Positions 13,344-27,247 of a stretch of DNA of 64,000 nucleotides are shown piece after piece. Source of the stretch: Octopus sinensis (lineage: Eukaryota); assembly GCF_006345805.1 (NCBI RefSeq), contig NC_043001.1, forward strand, positions 102,548,001-102,612,000. The letters are read 5' to 3'. The position numbers and the translations under genes are program-made. The notes beneath the pieces are model-generated. The model did not search any database, was not told the DNA's origin, and was given only the letters and a program-made list of their open reading frames with translations. The stretch's first letter is position 1. Each line of letters begins with the position of its first letter.

Positions 13344-13594
13344 CATGCATGCATGCACACGGGTGCTGACATGACCAAATGATTAAAGAACTTACTTCAC
13401 AACTCCGTGTTTCTGGGTTTAATCCTAAGACATTGGTACTTTGGGCCAATGTCTTCTATTAAATAGATTGGCGCTACTCAATGATCAGAGAATGAAATTC
13501 ACTTAAAAGAAACCAGACAGAAGCCAGTCATTTATACATGCGTAAATACATACACACACACACACACACACATACATACATAACGCATGCAAGA

Positions 13595-14010
13595 CTCAAA
13601 AGAGATTTAAGGAAGAATGTTATGATCAAGAAGGTGAATCACAATGACCTTTCTGGGTGCACAGTTTGTGACAGACCATACCTTTCCTTTGCTAGGATCA
13701 AATCTCATTTGTGAACCCATGGAAAACAAACCTCCACCAACCATTCTGCCTATATGTCTGTGTGCACCTTTCAATGTTGTGTATACCAGAAGGTTTGCAA
13801 ATCCAACGGAGGCCTCAAAAGACATTTTAATATCTACAAAGATCAAAACTTATCTGCCGCTCTCGGTGGTCCAAATCGGATATGCAATCTATGTGGGTGT
13901 CTTTTCAGAATATCGTCTGGTTTAAAAAACCATATCAGATGCCATGATGGATCTAAGGTGTAGGTACAGGAGGTGGTCAAACTCTGTATAAGGAGTAGAC
14001 AACCACCACA
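13595..14010 (+). pseudogene. Decayed ORF with three C2H2-like zinc fingers, probably the 3' end of an RTE-type LINE ORF2
   Basis: One frame 13595-13963 reads ...CTVCDRPYLSFARIKSHL*TH...CCVYQKVCKSNGGLKRHFNIY...CNLCGCLFRISSGLKNHIRCHDGSKV*, then a short 3' segment and a (CA)n tail. Confidence 0.65.
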
Positions 14011-14017
14011 CACACAC

Positions 14018-14051
<34 letters not shown>

Positions 14052-14231
14052 AAATATATGTGTTCACCTATATGTATATACATATCAGAGGCTCCGGTGA
14101 AGCTATGAGGTGTTACTCAGGCACTCAACTATAAGTCCACTGCATCTTTCAGCAGAAACAGCTGTAAGCTAATGAAGTTCAGAAGATAATCATTTATTCC
14201 TTTGTCATCTCTTTTTCTTATATATATACAT

Positions 14232-14283
<52 letters not shown>

Positions 14284-14380
14284 ATTCATGTATATATTTG
14301 CATAAAAATATGTGTATATGTATATGTGAATATACATATACAGACACATGCATACATGACAATGAATTCACAATTTTTGT

Positions 14381-14530
14381 TAGGTGCAGCCATGTTTGTG
14401 TGGTTAAGAAGTTCATTGCACAACCATATGGCCTTAGATTCAGTCTTACTGCATAGTACATTGGGCAAGCATCTTCCACTATTGCTTCTGACCAACTAAA
14501 GAAATTGGGAGACAAACACTGTACGAAAAG
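14381..14530 (+). mobile_element. SINE family B head and core fragment
   Basis: ggtgcagccatgtttgtgtggttaagaagttc...ttgggcaagcatcttccactattgc. Confidence 0.6.
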
Positions 14531-16614
14531 CCATCACATGCCTAAGTGCATGCCTGAAGGTGTGTGTCAGAGGTATCACTTTTACTTCTTGCATGAGATC
14601 ACCTGAGTGAGAGAAACAGTGGCATTGAGTTTGCATTTCTGGTGAATATTACCCAGGCCCGTGGCTCAGCACTCTTGAAATAGTGAAATATTGCTTTTAT
14701 AAAAGAGGAAAGGGTTGATGGCAAGAAATGCATTCATCCATAAAAATACTACTGACCAAAACCTTGTGAGTGGACTCAGTACAAAGAAACTGAAAAGAAT
14801 TCATTCTGTGTGTGTGTGTGTGCACATGCTTTACCTTCTCTTTGCCTTGACATTGTGTGATAGTTGTAAACGAATGCCACTGTCAAACAAGCAGTGTCCT
14901 TCATTTGCAACTGTCCATAAAGACATGTCTCATGATAGGGAAATATTACTTTATTTGGAAAGATGTGATGATTGGTTACAGAAAGAGCATCTGTCCATAG
15001 AATTTCTGCTTCAATAAGATCCAACTCATATGAACATGGAAAGACGGACATTAAAACAATGATTATGAGGATGACGATGATGATATAGTCATCATTTGTG
15101 TCTACTTTTCTATGCTTGTCAGACAGAATCTGTTGAAGCAGATTTTCAACATTTGGATGCCTTTCTTGTCACCAAACCTAATCTGTTTCCAAGCAAAGTA
15201 GAAAGAGAGAATGATCTAAAATTTATTCTGTAAAGAATTTACCTTATTCTAAATTTTACAAACATAAAAATGTATTTCTGCAAAATTTCATTTAAAAAAA
15301 TATTCATTTCTAAAAAAATTTAAGAGAAAATGGGTTTTTTTTTTTTTTTTGGGGGGGGGGTATCAATATAATTGCAATATAGATCCTTAAAAGGTATCTC
15401 TACAATATTTCATCAAACAATATGCATTTTTCAGAAGTTACACCAAAATAAACTGAGAGCTGGATGGAGAAACACAAGTAAAATACTGAACTATTTTCTT
15501 TTAGGTTAAAAGTACCTTTTCTAAACCAATGAAAGTTATATCATGTGTGTGTGTGTGTGTGTGTTTGAAGCACCATCATTTAATACAAACATGTAGTGTT
15601 TTTTTTTATATATTTTTTTTTTAAAAACCATTTGAATAAAAACTGTGAAGTTAAATGAAAATTTACAATAAATGACAGTTTCATTTTGATGGCAATGCCT
15701 GCTACTCCAGCCATAATAATTATTTTTTTCACTTTCCCTGATCTACTTATAACATACCTGACTGCTACCTGCTCCATTTCCATCTGTCATTCAGTCATCC
15801 TCTCCCAAATGTAACAACAAACAAAACCACATTTGTACTTATTGTGTTATTGTACCTTAAAGCATGTCATTGCCTATTTAACGTGGACAGTTTACTTCAA
15901 GCTACATTTATAAGATCTAAGATTCCACTAGAAACCCAAAAAGGAAACAATTTTCAACATAAATTCCTTGATTTAGATATCTACCAGCAATGTATTTGTT
16001 TGCATCTATTTAAATTTACAAATACAAACATACATGGAAACAGTATTTTAAGAAAACTCATGAGTAAGTATATATATCACAACACAACATTTACAAAAAT
16101 AAGCTATTTCTCTTCTTGATTGTAATAAAGAGATTACCTATCATCTTCTCTTTGACCTATTTCCCAAAATATGCATCAAGGATAATTTTCTTCTCAAACA
16201 CTCTGTAGATACGTACTGAGCAAGGTTAACATTGATAAATGCAAATTATATTTATACAGCAAAATGATAATGCCTGGTGCAACATCAAAATTTTCAGTGG
16301 GGCAATTTTCCTGATTACACCTATCATGGCAGTTCTCGTGATAAGGGTTTTACAGAGTAAAGTGTGTATGTGGAGGGGAGAGGGATCAGATATTCTACAG
16401 ATAAATATGTATTATATGATGTTATGTTGTAGCATACATGTTTTTAAGTGAAATAAGTACCATATCATAGAAATGTACTATTTGGTTTCCAAATTGATGC
16501 TTCAAACAGTTTCTAATCAATAAAATGTAGTTTACAAATTGAAAAACAAGATATTTTAGTAAAACAAAAAGTATTAACATCAAGTGAAAATAATGAAGCC
16601 TGTTAGGAATGAAT

Positions 16615-16647
<33 letters not shown>

Positions 16648-17479
16648 ATTCATTCACGAATATATAATTCTGTATTGTGTATAGAAATAGATTAACAAAT
16701 TTGAACATGACAAAATTTTCCTGTAAATGTAAAGAGAACATACACGTATATTTGTGCATGTAGATGCATATTTATATTGCATCTAGTATGAAGAACCATA
16801 AAAATGTTTGTATATAATGGAGAGGAGACTAGCAAGGGATGCTGAAAAGGAGGATGAGGAGGTGGTGGTGGACATGGGAAAGAGAAGAAGAGAGAAGTAA
16901 GGACAAGAGAAAGCGAAAGAGAAGAAGAGAAGAAAAAGAAATTCAGAAACTAAAACGTAGAAAGAGAGGGAAGGAAGAAGAAAATGAGAGAGAGTGAAAG
17001 AGTGATCGGGAGAGAAAGAGAAAAGATGGAGAGGGGGAAGTGAGGGGGAGAGAGAGAGATGTATGACCTGCAAGATAATCATCCTTTAAAAAATTCTTGT
17101 GAAGAGAGCTCTAATGACCTCACAAGGTCATGAGGTCATGACATTTGATGTGCAGCTGTACAAGCTTTTCTTCTAAATGATGTGCACCTACACTCGGAAC
17201 CAGTCTTTTCTACCTTACTCGTTCAATTAGACTTGTAGACATATGCAAAATCTCCATCATCATCACCATCATCACTACTGCAGGCACAGCGACAGTTGCC
17301 ACCACCACCACACCACCACCAATACTGTTTAACTAGTAAGTGTTGCCACCACCACCAACACCTTCGCTACCATCACTCCTAGATTATTGTTCCAACTATC
17401 CGCAGAGTCCACAAAACTTATAAAATCGAAATTGACCTTCCAAGAGATTATGGTAAAAATACTTTGCAGCAGTCCTGTT

Positions 17480-17810
17480 GCACTTTCAGTTTTTAGTTTT
17501 ATTAAGAAAAATAATAAGGATACAACAATTGGTAGAGCAATATTATGAGTTGATGTATGTAGGAAAGATGCCAGGCGTTAATGATGAAAATTAGGTGAAA
17601 AAATGCTTGTATACTGTCAGTGGAACATACAAGAAGAGGAAGATGTGAGAAATGTTGAGGCCAAATGTCAGTGCACCTAAGATAATATTCCAAAACATGG
17701 AAACAGGTTTGGATAGACTGGATAGAAAACCAGTCGAACAAATGCCAACATACCAGGATGAACATCAAAAACAGGGGAAACGAAATGTAGAAGGATATAT
17801 TTGATAACGA
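17480..17810 (+). mobile_element. Highly decayed RTE-like LINE remnant
   Basis: Fragments LRKIIRI and GKRNVEG resemble the RTE ORF2 C-terminus, with many stops. Confidence 0.35.
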
Positions 17811-17989
17811 TGGTAACAATAAATTATCCCAAGGCCATGTGGTTAGGAAATTTGCTTGGTAGTAATGTGGTTCTCAGTTCAATCCCACAACATAGCACCT
17901 TGCACCAATGTCCTCTACTATAATCTCAGATTGACAGAAGTATTGTGAGAAAAATTTGACAAACAGCAACTGCGTAGAAGTCTTTTGAA

Positions 17990-18038
<49 letters not shown>

Positions 18039-18956
18039 ATGTGTGTGTTTTGTTGGGGGTGGGGGAGTAGTGGATTGAAAAATCACCGTTTGGTTTTGAT
18101 TGGTCAAGGACACCTTCCAAAAGTCCCATGCAGAGAGCCTGAACTCAAAACCAAATGGTTGAGAAGGAAACTTCTTAATCACACAACCATGCCTGTGCCT
18201 GTGAGCATGTAAGAGAGGGAGAGGGAGCGGGGCACATGTATACACATATACATACGCAAATATATGTATATAAGCATTTTAATACATAATGATTAGTTTG
18301 ACAAAATATCTTGTTTTGCCAATGGCTCTTCAGGAACGAAAGAACAATATTTAGAGAAACTAATTTTAAGTTACAATTTGCAAGAATGAAAGACTGAAAT
18401 TATAAATACACACACACGTGCACGCATATTCCCACATGCACACATGATTACATATATGGACACATTTGTACACCTGTACACACATTCACACACTAACGTA
18501 CATACACATCTATACAAAAGTGTATACATATAAACAACGATGCCCACATAGTTCTACAAAAATTTCTCATTCTTCATTCAGCTGACCTAAGCATCAACAA
18601 CACAGACAATTGACTCTCATCCATTTATCCAATACTCACCTCTTCTCCTCCCATCTCTCACCCTACTTTACACTTTCTTTCATTCTTTCTTTCAAATGTT
18701 TTCATTCACTTATCTATTTAGATCCTCATTTTTTCTATCTATTTTACACACACATATATATATATATTCTGTTTTAATTTATTTTGTATTATAATTTTTT
18801 ATATATCTTTATATCTATATTTTGTAGTCATAGTTTATAATTTTATATTTTAAAAATTACATATCTTAAATGATAATATATTTTTACGTAATTGATATTT
18901 TCATATAATATACACAGTATAATTCACTTCTGTTTTCATATATATATATATATATA

Positions 18957-19400
18957 TCATCGTCATTGTTTAACGTCTGCTTTCCATGCTGGCATGGGTT
19001 GGACGATTTGACTGAGGCTGCACTAGACTCCAATCTGATCAGGCAGAGTTTCAACAGCTGGATGCCCTTCCTAACGCCAACCACTCTGAGAGTGTAGTGG
19101 GTGCTTTTATGTGCCACTGGCACGAGGGCTAGTCAGGCAGTACTGGCAACGACCATGCTCAAGTGTACTTTTTACATGCCACCTGCACAGGAGCCAGTCC
19201 ATTAGCACTGGCAATGACCTCGTTCAAATGTTTTTTCACGTGCCACCAGCACAAGTGCTAGTAAGGTGACTTAGGTAACGATCACGCCCGAATGGTGTTT
19301 TTAACGTGCCATCGGCACGGAGGCCAGCTTGTTGCTCTGGCAATGATCTCATTCGTATGGTACTCTTAGCGCTCCACTAGCAAACGGATGCCAGTCATCA
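18957..19400 (-). mobile_element. RTE 3' UTR with internal ~60-bp subrepeats
   Basis: Starts catcgtcattgtttaacgtctgctttccatgctggcatggg (reverse tail). Internal repeated tggcaa(c/t)ga...ac(a/g)tgcca units. Confidence 0.75.
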
Positions 19401-19412
19401 AATTTGATTATG

Positions 19413-19413
<1 letters not shown>

Positions 19414-19476
<63 letters not shown>

Positions 19477-19513
19477 GTATATGTATGTGTGTGTGTGTAC
19501 ATATATATATGTA

Positions 19514-19567
<54 letters not shown>

Positions 19568-19619
19568 TATATACACATACACACACATATATACACATAT
19601 ACACACACACATATATATA

Positions 19620-19660
<41 letters not shown>
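19414..19660. repeat. Compound (GT)n/(TA)n/(CA)n microsatellite
   Basis: Direct reading. Confidence 0.95.
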
Positions 19661-19664
<4 letters not shown>

Positions 19665-21096
19665 TTATTCTGTTTTAATTTATTTTGTGTTATAATTTAA
19701 TATCAATATTTTATTTTATCTATTCACTGGATTTCCGTTTTCTGTGATAATTAATGTAGAAACGTTAGTTAAATTAAAACTGTGTCGTAATCATTTTACA
19801 AATGACTAGAACATAGTATTTACCACAATTATTAAAGGAAGACAAAGAAAAACCTTATCAGAGACATCGTATCAACTTTTATAATGACAGAACTTAATCA
19901 CTGGATGCCCAATTGGAAGGTAGAAAAGTAGAGAAAGGACACAACGATGTCAGATGTAACACCAAATCTCTCATGAAATGACACGATACAACCTAATAGA
20001 CATTCTGTATAACAGATGTTTCCAGTCCATCTCAACATTGAAACAGACATGAAAGGAACAATTGTCATAGTGGACATGGTGGTGGTGATGGTGGTGGTGG
20101 TTCACGTGCAAAGGACAAATGACATGATTCATTTTAATGGATGTGAGTAATGTTGGTATTTAGGCATTATTAGATTGCTCAAACTTCAACGCTTCAGGCA
20201 GGGAGCCTTCTTTTGAGAATGAGATAAACGTAGATTTAGTTTTTGTTTGGAGAAGAATAACTTAGAACATTTTTTTTTTTTAAACTTCAATACAGAAATT
20301 ATTTTTTTCTATCATGGACCAACACTTGTCCCATGAAAATCTGGAGCTTAACTTTGATCATTAAGGAATGTATAGGAGGTCATTGTTAGAACATAAGACC
20401 TTCTTATCTCCATCTGAATGACTAACATGACTCAGGCCTTATAGATTAAGATGGAACTATGTAAAATTGGCAACATAACATATGCCTGAAGGTTCGTAGA
20501 TAAACCAGTTGCAACTATTTATATATAAAAATGAATAGAAATGTAAACAGAGCAACATTTTTCACAATGCCTGCACTAAGAATTCTCATAACAAAGAGCA
20601 ACAGTTTATTGGAAATATGGGTAACATGTATTAGCGTTTCCACAACTTCTATAAATTCTAGTCTATTGAAAATATTGCTGATAATGTCCAGCCTGACCCC
20701 TGCAGTTTCTTATGAATAAGAAATTTATTCCCACATCTTAATCTAACATAGTTCATAAAGAGCATCTTTCCATTGCAGTCATTACCCAGTCATTATTCAC
20801 AACGGGCCAGAACTGTGTATAATGGCAAACAAATCATTGTACATATATAGAACCAAATAGAGGAATGAGTCAAAGGAATAATAACAAAGCAGGATGTCTT
20901 GAATCACACATCACTGCCACCACCCAACCATCTGATCTGTACTTTCTGCTTACCTACCTACCCACCCACTAGCCCTTACCTGGCATCCACCAGATTCAAG
21001 TAATCTGTTTGGCGACCTGCTAACTTTCTTCATACACACTCCCTACTATCCTTACGCTTTCCAAGCAACTTCTATTCAAAGGAATGGTGGTTACGA

Positions 21097-21115
21097 ATAT
21101 AAATATATATATATA

Positions 21116-21195
<80 letters not shown>

Positions 21196-21199
21196 CATA

Positions 21200-21247
<48 letters not shown>

Positions 21248-22347
21248 CATATATATAATATATATGTATATACATATATGTATATATATGTGTATATATA
21301 TGTATATATATATATACATATATGTATATATATGTGTATATATATGTATATATATATATATATACATATATATTATATATATATATATTATATATATATA
21401 TATAATATACATATATATATATATATGTATATACATATATATATATATATTATATATATACATATATAATATACATATATACTATATATATATATATATA
21501 CATATATTATATATATATATACATATATATATACACATATATATACACATATATATATATACATATATATATATACATATATATATATACACATATAGAT
21601 ATACATATATATACACATATATATATACATATATATACATACATATATATACACATATATATACATACATATATATATACATAATATATATATATACATA
21701 TATACATATATATATATATAATATATATACATACATATAGATATACATATATACACATATATACACATATATATATACATATATATACACATATATATAT
21801 ACACATATATATATACATATACATATATATATATACATATATATACATACATATATATATATATATATATACAATATATATATATACATATAATATATAT
21901 ATACATATAATATATATATATACATATAGATATATATATATATAACATATATATATATACATATAATATATATACATATATATATATATAACATATATAT
22001 ATATATATACATATAGATATATATATATACATACATACATATATATATAATATATATATATATACATATATATATATATTATATACATACATACATAATA
22101 TATATATATATATATAACATATATATATATATAACATATATATATATACATAATATATATATATAATATATACATACATATATATATATATTATACATAC
22201 ATACATATATATATATACATATATATATATATACATATACATATATATATATATATATATACATATAATATATATATACATAATATATATATATATACTA
22301 CATATATATATATATATATATATTACATACATACATATATACATACA

Positions 22348-22408
<61 letters not shown>

Positions 22409-22775
22409 GATATATACATACATACATACATACATATATATATATAATATACATACATACATATATACTATATATATATATATAATATATATATATTATA
22501 CATACATACATATATATACATATATATAATATATATATATACATACATACATATACATATATATAATATATATATATATATACATACATACATATATACA
22601 TATATATATATACATATATACATATATATATACAATATATATATATATAATATATATATACATACATATATACATATATATATATATTACATACATATTA
22701 CATATATATATATATATATACATACATATATATACATATAATATATATATATATACATACATATATATATAATAT

Positions 22776-22809
<34 letters not shown>

Positions 22810-22992
22810 TATACATATATATATACACATATATATATGCACATATATATATGCACATATATATACACACACACACACACACACAAACACACATACATAC
22901 ATACATACATACATACATACATACTACATACATACATACATACATACATGCATGCATGCATACATACATACATACATATATATATATATATA
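21097..22992. repeat. ~1.9 kb (TA)n/(TACA)n microsatellite field
   Basis: Direct reading; source of the YIYI-type pseudo-ORFs. Confidence 0.95.
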
Positions 22993-23483
22993 AGGGGAAA
23001 AAATGATTCAACTTGTTCTGCATTGACAGTACAAGATCAAGTCAATACCACAGCAGACAGGGAAGTTAAACACACCGAGAGAGACAATCTATTGCATCAT
23101 CTCTTTCCAGATAGACAGCTAGCCTAAGATAGGATGCAAACAGAATATTACAAAAGCGAACCTGATTGCTGTCTGAATAGACGATGTGCATACAGTCATG
23201 CCTGAGTGCATTGTCCTGTACAGACAGCCAGTTCACATACATACACTATCTTACTAATACATGCTATCATTACTACACATACTGACAAAAGTACATTGCA
23301 GTTTTCTTTAGCATCCCTATGAACAAATTGTAATAAGGCAAAACAGATAGGGATGGGATTCCCATTTATGAATATACTGGTATTTAAGTAGGGACATCAA
23401 TGGATTTTAAGTGAACTGGTAGAATATAGGCTGATTACATTTCCCCATATGATATATATATATATATATATAATATATATATA

Positions 23484-23731
23484 CTGTTGTGTCTGGGGAG
23501 AGTCATTTTCTTTTTGTGCCTTATAATATAACACACTCACCGGTAAAGTTTCCACTTTTTTCCTATTTTTATTTTTCTAAAATTTTTGTTGCATCTTGTA
23601 ACCTTTTCAATAGTTTTAAGACGCAACAAAAATTTTAGAAAAATAAAAATAAGAAAAAAGCGGAAATTTTACCGGTCAGTGTGTTATATTATAAGGCACA
23701 AATAGAAAATGACTCTCCCCAGACACAACAG
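23484..23731. repeat. ~250-bp fold-back palindrome
   Basis: ctgttgtgtctggggagagtcattttc at the left end and its exact reverse complement gaaaatgactctccccagacacaacag at the right. Arms pair inward almost to the centre. Confidence 0.85.
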
Positions 23732-24018
23732 AATATGCTTCAACACATGAACTCATATAAAGAATCTTGCAAACCAAATCCAAAAGCGAAATATTATATA
23801 TATATACATATATTATATATGGCCCTGCTCGATCTGTAGAAAAGGCATAGGTAGAAACTCTATAAGATGTACCCAGTGTAAGCTATGGACACATAAGAGG
23901 CACAGCAATATCAAAGGAAGGCTAACTAGGAAGATAGTTTTTTTTATGTGGCAGATGTTCAGGAGCAATAAACTCTGAAAATATGCTGTGAACAACTTCT
24001 GCCACATTCCAGGAAGAA

Positions 24019-25392
24019 AAACTAGAAGTAGTTGATAGCCTCCATTACCTAGGGGACCAAGTCAGTAACAGGGAAGGATGCACTGAAAGTGTAACTGATA
24101 GAATAAGAATAGCCTGGGCAAAGTTCAGAGAGATCTTACATCTGCAGGTGACAAAGGGCCACTCACTCAGAGTAAAAGGCAGACTGTATAACACATGTGT
24201 ACTAACAGCCATGCTACATGGCAGTGAAACATGGGCCGTGACTGTTGAGGATATGCATAAGCTCGCAAGGAATGAAGCCAGTATGCTTTGCTGGATGTGT
24301 AATGTTAGTGTGCATACTTGACAGAGTGTAGGTACCTTGAGAAAAAAATTGGACCTAAGAAGCATCAGTTGTGGTGTGCAAGAAAGACAATTGCACTGGT
24401 AAGGTCATGTGGCGAGAATGAATGAGGACAGCTGTGTGAAAAAGTGCCACACCCTAGCGGCTGAGGGAACCTGTGGAAGAGGTAGACCCAGGAAAACTTG
24501 GGACAAGGTGGTGAAGCATGACCTTCGAACATTATGCCCCACCAAGGCAATGACTAGTTACCAAGACCTTTGGAAATATGCTGCGCATGAGGAGACCGGG
24601 CAAGACAAGTGAGACCATAACCCGTGGCCTTTACCAGGGGTTTAGCCAGTTCACTTATGCATATCTTTCCTTCTTTGGACACAAAACCCAGCTTGCAAAG
24701 AGAAGTTGAGGCAAGTGAAATCGAAATCAAATTCGACAACTAGCACCCATGCCAACCTCCCTTCATTGGACACTAAACTCTGCTTGCGAAGACCTGTTGG
24801 GGTGAGTGAAATCGAAATTGAACCAAATTCGATTCCTTACACTTGGCTCTGCATTGGCGCTAAACAGAGATCTCAACATACTTCCTCTAATGATATTTTC
24901 CTCCAATTTCAATAAGAGACAATCACTGCCTACAGCTATCCCTGCCCCTCTATCATTCTCCAACCTCTCGCCTGACACATAGCCACTTCTCTTAGTTCTT
25001 CTCCCTCTCTCAGGTGAGATGTCCTTGTCTTGCAAGCCACTTGGCGACCCCACGGGTACTGGTGCCATGTTAAAGGCACCACATAAAGAGTATCTGTGCT
25101 GGCACTATGTAAAAAACACCCATGCCAGCACACGTAAAAAACCACCAGTGCCATGTAAAAGGCACCTGTGTTGGTACCGCATAAAAAGCACAGAGGCTGG
25201 CCCCACATATAGAAAGACCTCTGTACACTCTGTAAAGTGGTTGCCATTAAGAAGGACATCCAGCTGTAGAAACCATGCCCAAACAGACAACTGGAGCCTG
25301 ATGACATCTTCTGGCCTGCCAGCTCCTGTCAAACCATTCAACCCATGCTAGAATGGAAAATAGATGTAAGACAATGATGATGATGATGATGT
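24019..25392 (+). mobile_element. 5'-truncated RTE LINE: ORF2 C-terminus (24019-24612, two stops) plus composite 3' UTR and (GAT)n tail
   Basis: KLEVVDSLHYLGDQV...GRLYNTCVLTAMLHGSETWAV...HW*GHVARMNEDSCVKKC...GRGRPRKTWDKVV in one frame. Confidence 0.9.
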
Positions 25393-26667
25393 AAAGGAAC
25401 ATGAACACTGCAGATCTATAACCCTCAGGTTTGTTTTAAATAATAGCCTTTACAATTACAGATCTCTTGGAGAAAAAGTAAGTCCTCAGCTTAACAAAGA
25501 CAGCATCACTGAAATTTGTCTTGTACTTGAAACTCCCAACTACTGACTCTCTACAAAACTCATTTTAGAACTGCAATGCAGCACTGCTCCTACATCTGAG
25601 ACGACACTGCTTCTTTACTCACAGAGATCTTAGAATGCATCCAAAGAAAGGTTTGGCCCATAAATATGCCATCCCTTCTCTCTGCTTTTTCTTTCTTTCT
25701 TCCATTGGAGTGGCCTCTGTTTCTTGAAAGTAGCATGTCTCATGCCATAACCATTCACTTGTCTCTCTTGTAATCTATATTGTCACAACTCTCAAATCTC
25801 TGTGCCAACCATTATGCTCTCTCTCTCGCTCTCTCAAATATCAGCCTTCAAGAGTTTCCTGTTTGCATATCTGTTCAACAATCATCAGTTTGCAACTATT
25901 CAAGTACAATGCTAAATATATCATTCCTCCTGGTCTTGGAGCACCCATAAAGACCGGGGCGCACAGTCCCCAGTTCTAAGCCAAATCAACAAAAAGAAAT
26001 AATTATTGCTCATCCCTTCTACTGCCATTTTAAAATTTAAATTTCTTTAACAGCATTTTGAATTTTTATCAGAAATTATCAATATTTGACCTTTGAGAAT
26101 TTCATAAGTGTAAAGACAATCAGCAAAAACACACAACAAACAAGACATTAATATTCCCATACAGACATGAGGAAATCTCAGGGAGCCTGAAGGTGAAAAT
26201 CTTTTAGCCACTTATCATGTATCATAGGAAATTGTATTAAATATACTCTAATGCAATAACACAAATAATTAAATTATAATATACGATGTGATAATATTAA
26301 TAATTAAATCTAAAGTAATAATGTAATGTATATTGTCTTTTCGCTACACGAGGTACTGCCTTAATTACTAGTGGCTACTATATTTTTAAAAATAATTATC
26401 TGGTAGGAAATTAACAAAGTCTTTATTTAGAATACTTATGAAAAGGTATTCATAATAGTGACCATTATTTTCTTTATTTCTTCTTTGGATAAACGGTGAC
26501 TTTTTCAATGTCTGAAATGAAACTCTCAAACGTTTTAGATTCATTTTACTCTGCTGGTCAAATGAATTGGTAAATTGGTACATTATTTCGGTACTGATGA
26601 AGAAAATATCTTTATGATATTATGTCTTTTCCTCCATCTCATATGACTCACCAGTAAAATGGCAAAA

Positions 26668-27229
26668 TACGAGGGTGAGTCAAAAAGTAATGCCATTTTG
26701 TTTAGGACAGGTATAATTACCAACACAGGAACATGTATTATACATCAAAATGAAGCTGGTCCTCTGTGGATCACATTCCTACATCTCAACATAGTCACCG
26801 TTTCTCTCAATAGCAATGTTCCACTTTCGAATGAGAGCATGTATCCCTGCCCCGTAAAATTCTGTTGACTGTCCTTTGAGCCACCTCTTCACTACAGTTT
26901 TCACTTCCTCGTTACTGGAATAATTTAGCGCCTTCAGACTATCATCTCTTTGGCCCCATGAGAGAGGCAAACATTATTCCAGTGACGAGAAAGTGAAAAC
27001 TGTAGTGAAGAGGTGGCTCAAAGAACAGTCAACAGAATTTTATGTGGCAGGGATACATGCTCTCATTCGAAAGTGGAACATTGCTATTGAGAGAAATAGT
27101 GACTATGTTGAGATGTAGGGATGTGATTCACAGAGGACCAGCTTCATTTTGATGTATAATACATGTTCCTGTGTTAGTAACTATACTTGTCCTAAACAAA
27201 ATGGCATCACTTTTTGACTCACCCTTGTA
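26668..27229. mobile_element. Mariner-derived fold-back MITE with TA TSD
   Basis: TA-cgagggtgagtcaaaaagt...actttttgactcacccttg-TA with ~255-bp inverted arms. Encodes the mariner C-terminus LAPSDYHLFGPM...YSSDEKVKTVVKRWLKEQSTEFY...WNIAIERNSDYVE. Confidence 0.9.
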
Positions 27230-27247
27230 GTATTATGCCCAGTATTC

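Noticed and set aside
13595-13963. Functional host C2H2-ZNF gene
   Set aside because: Internal stop, a degenerate second finger, no TGEKP linkers and no clear splice acceptor. Kept as a pseudogene/LINE remnant.
15758-15790. Possible start exon MTDGNGAGSSQ|gtatgt
   Set aside because: Too short, with no supporting promoter or downstream exon evidence.
21020-23127. Long Tyr/Ile-rich ORFs (up to 326 aa)
   Set aside because: Translations of (TA)n microsatellite, which lacks stops in several frames.
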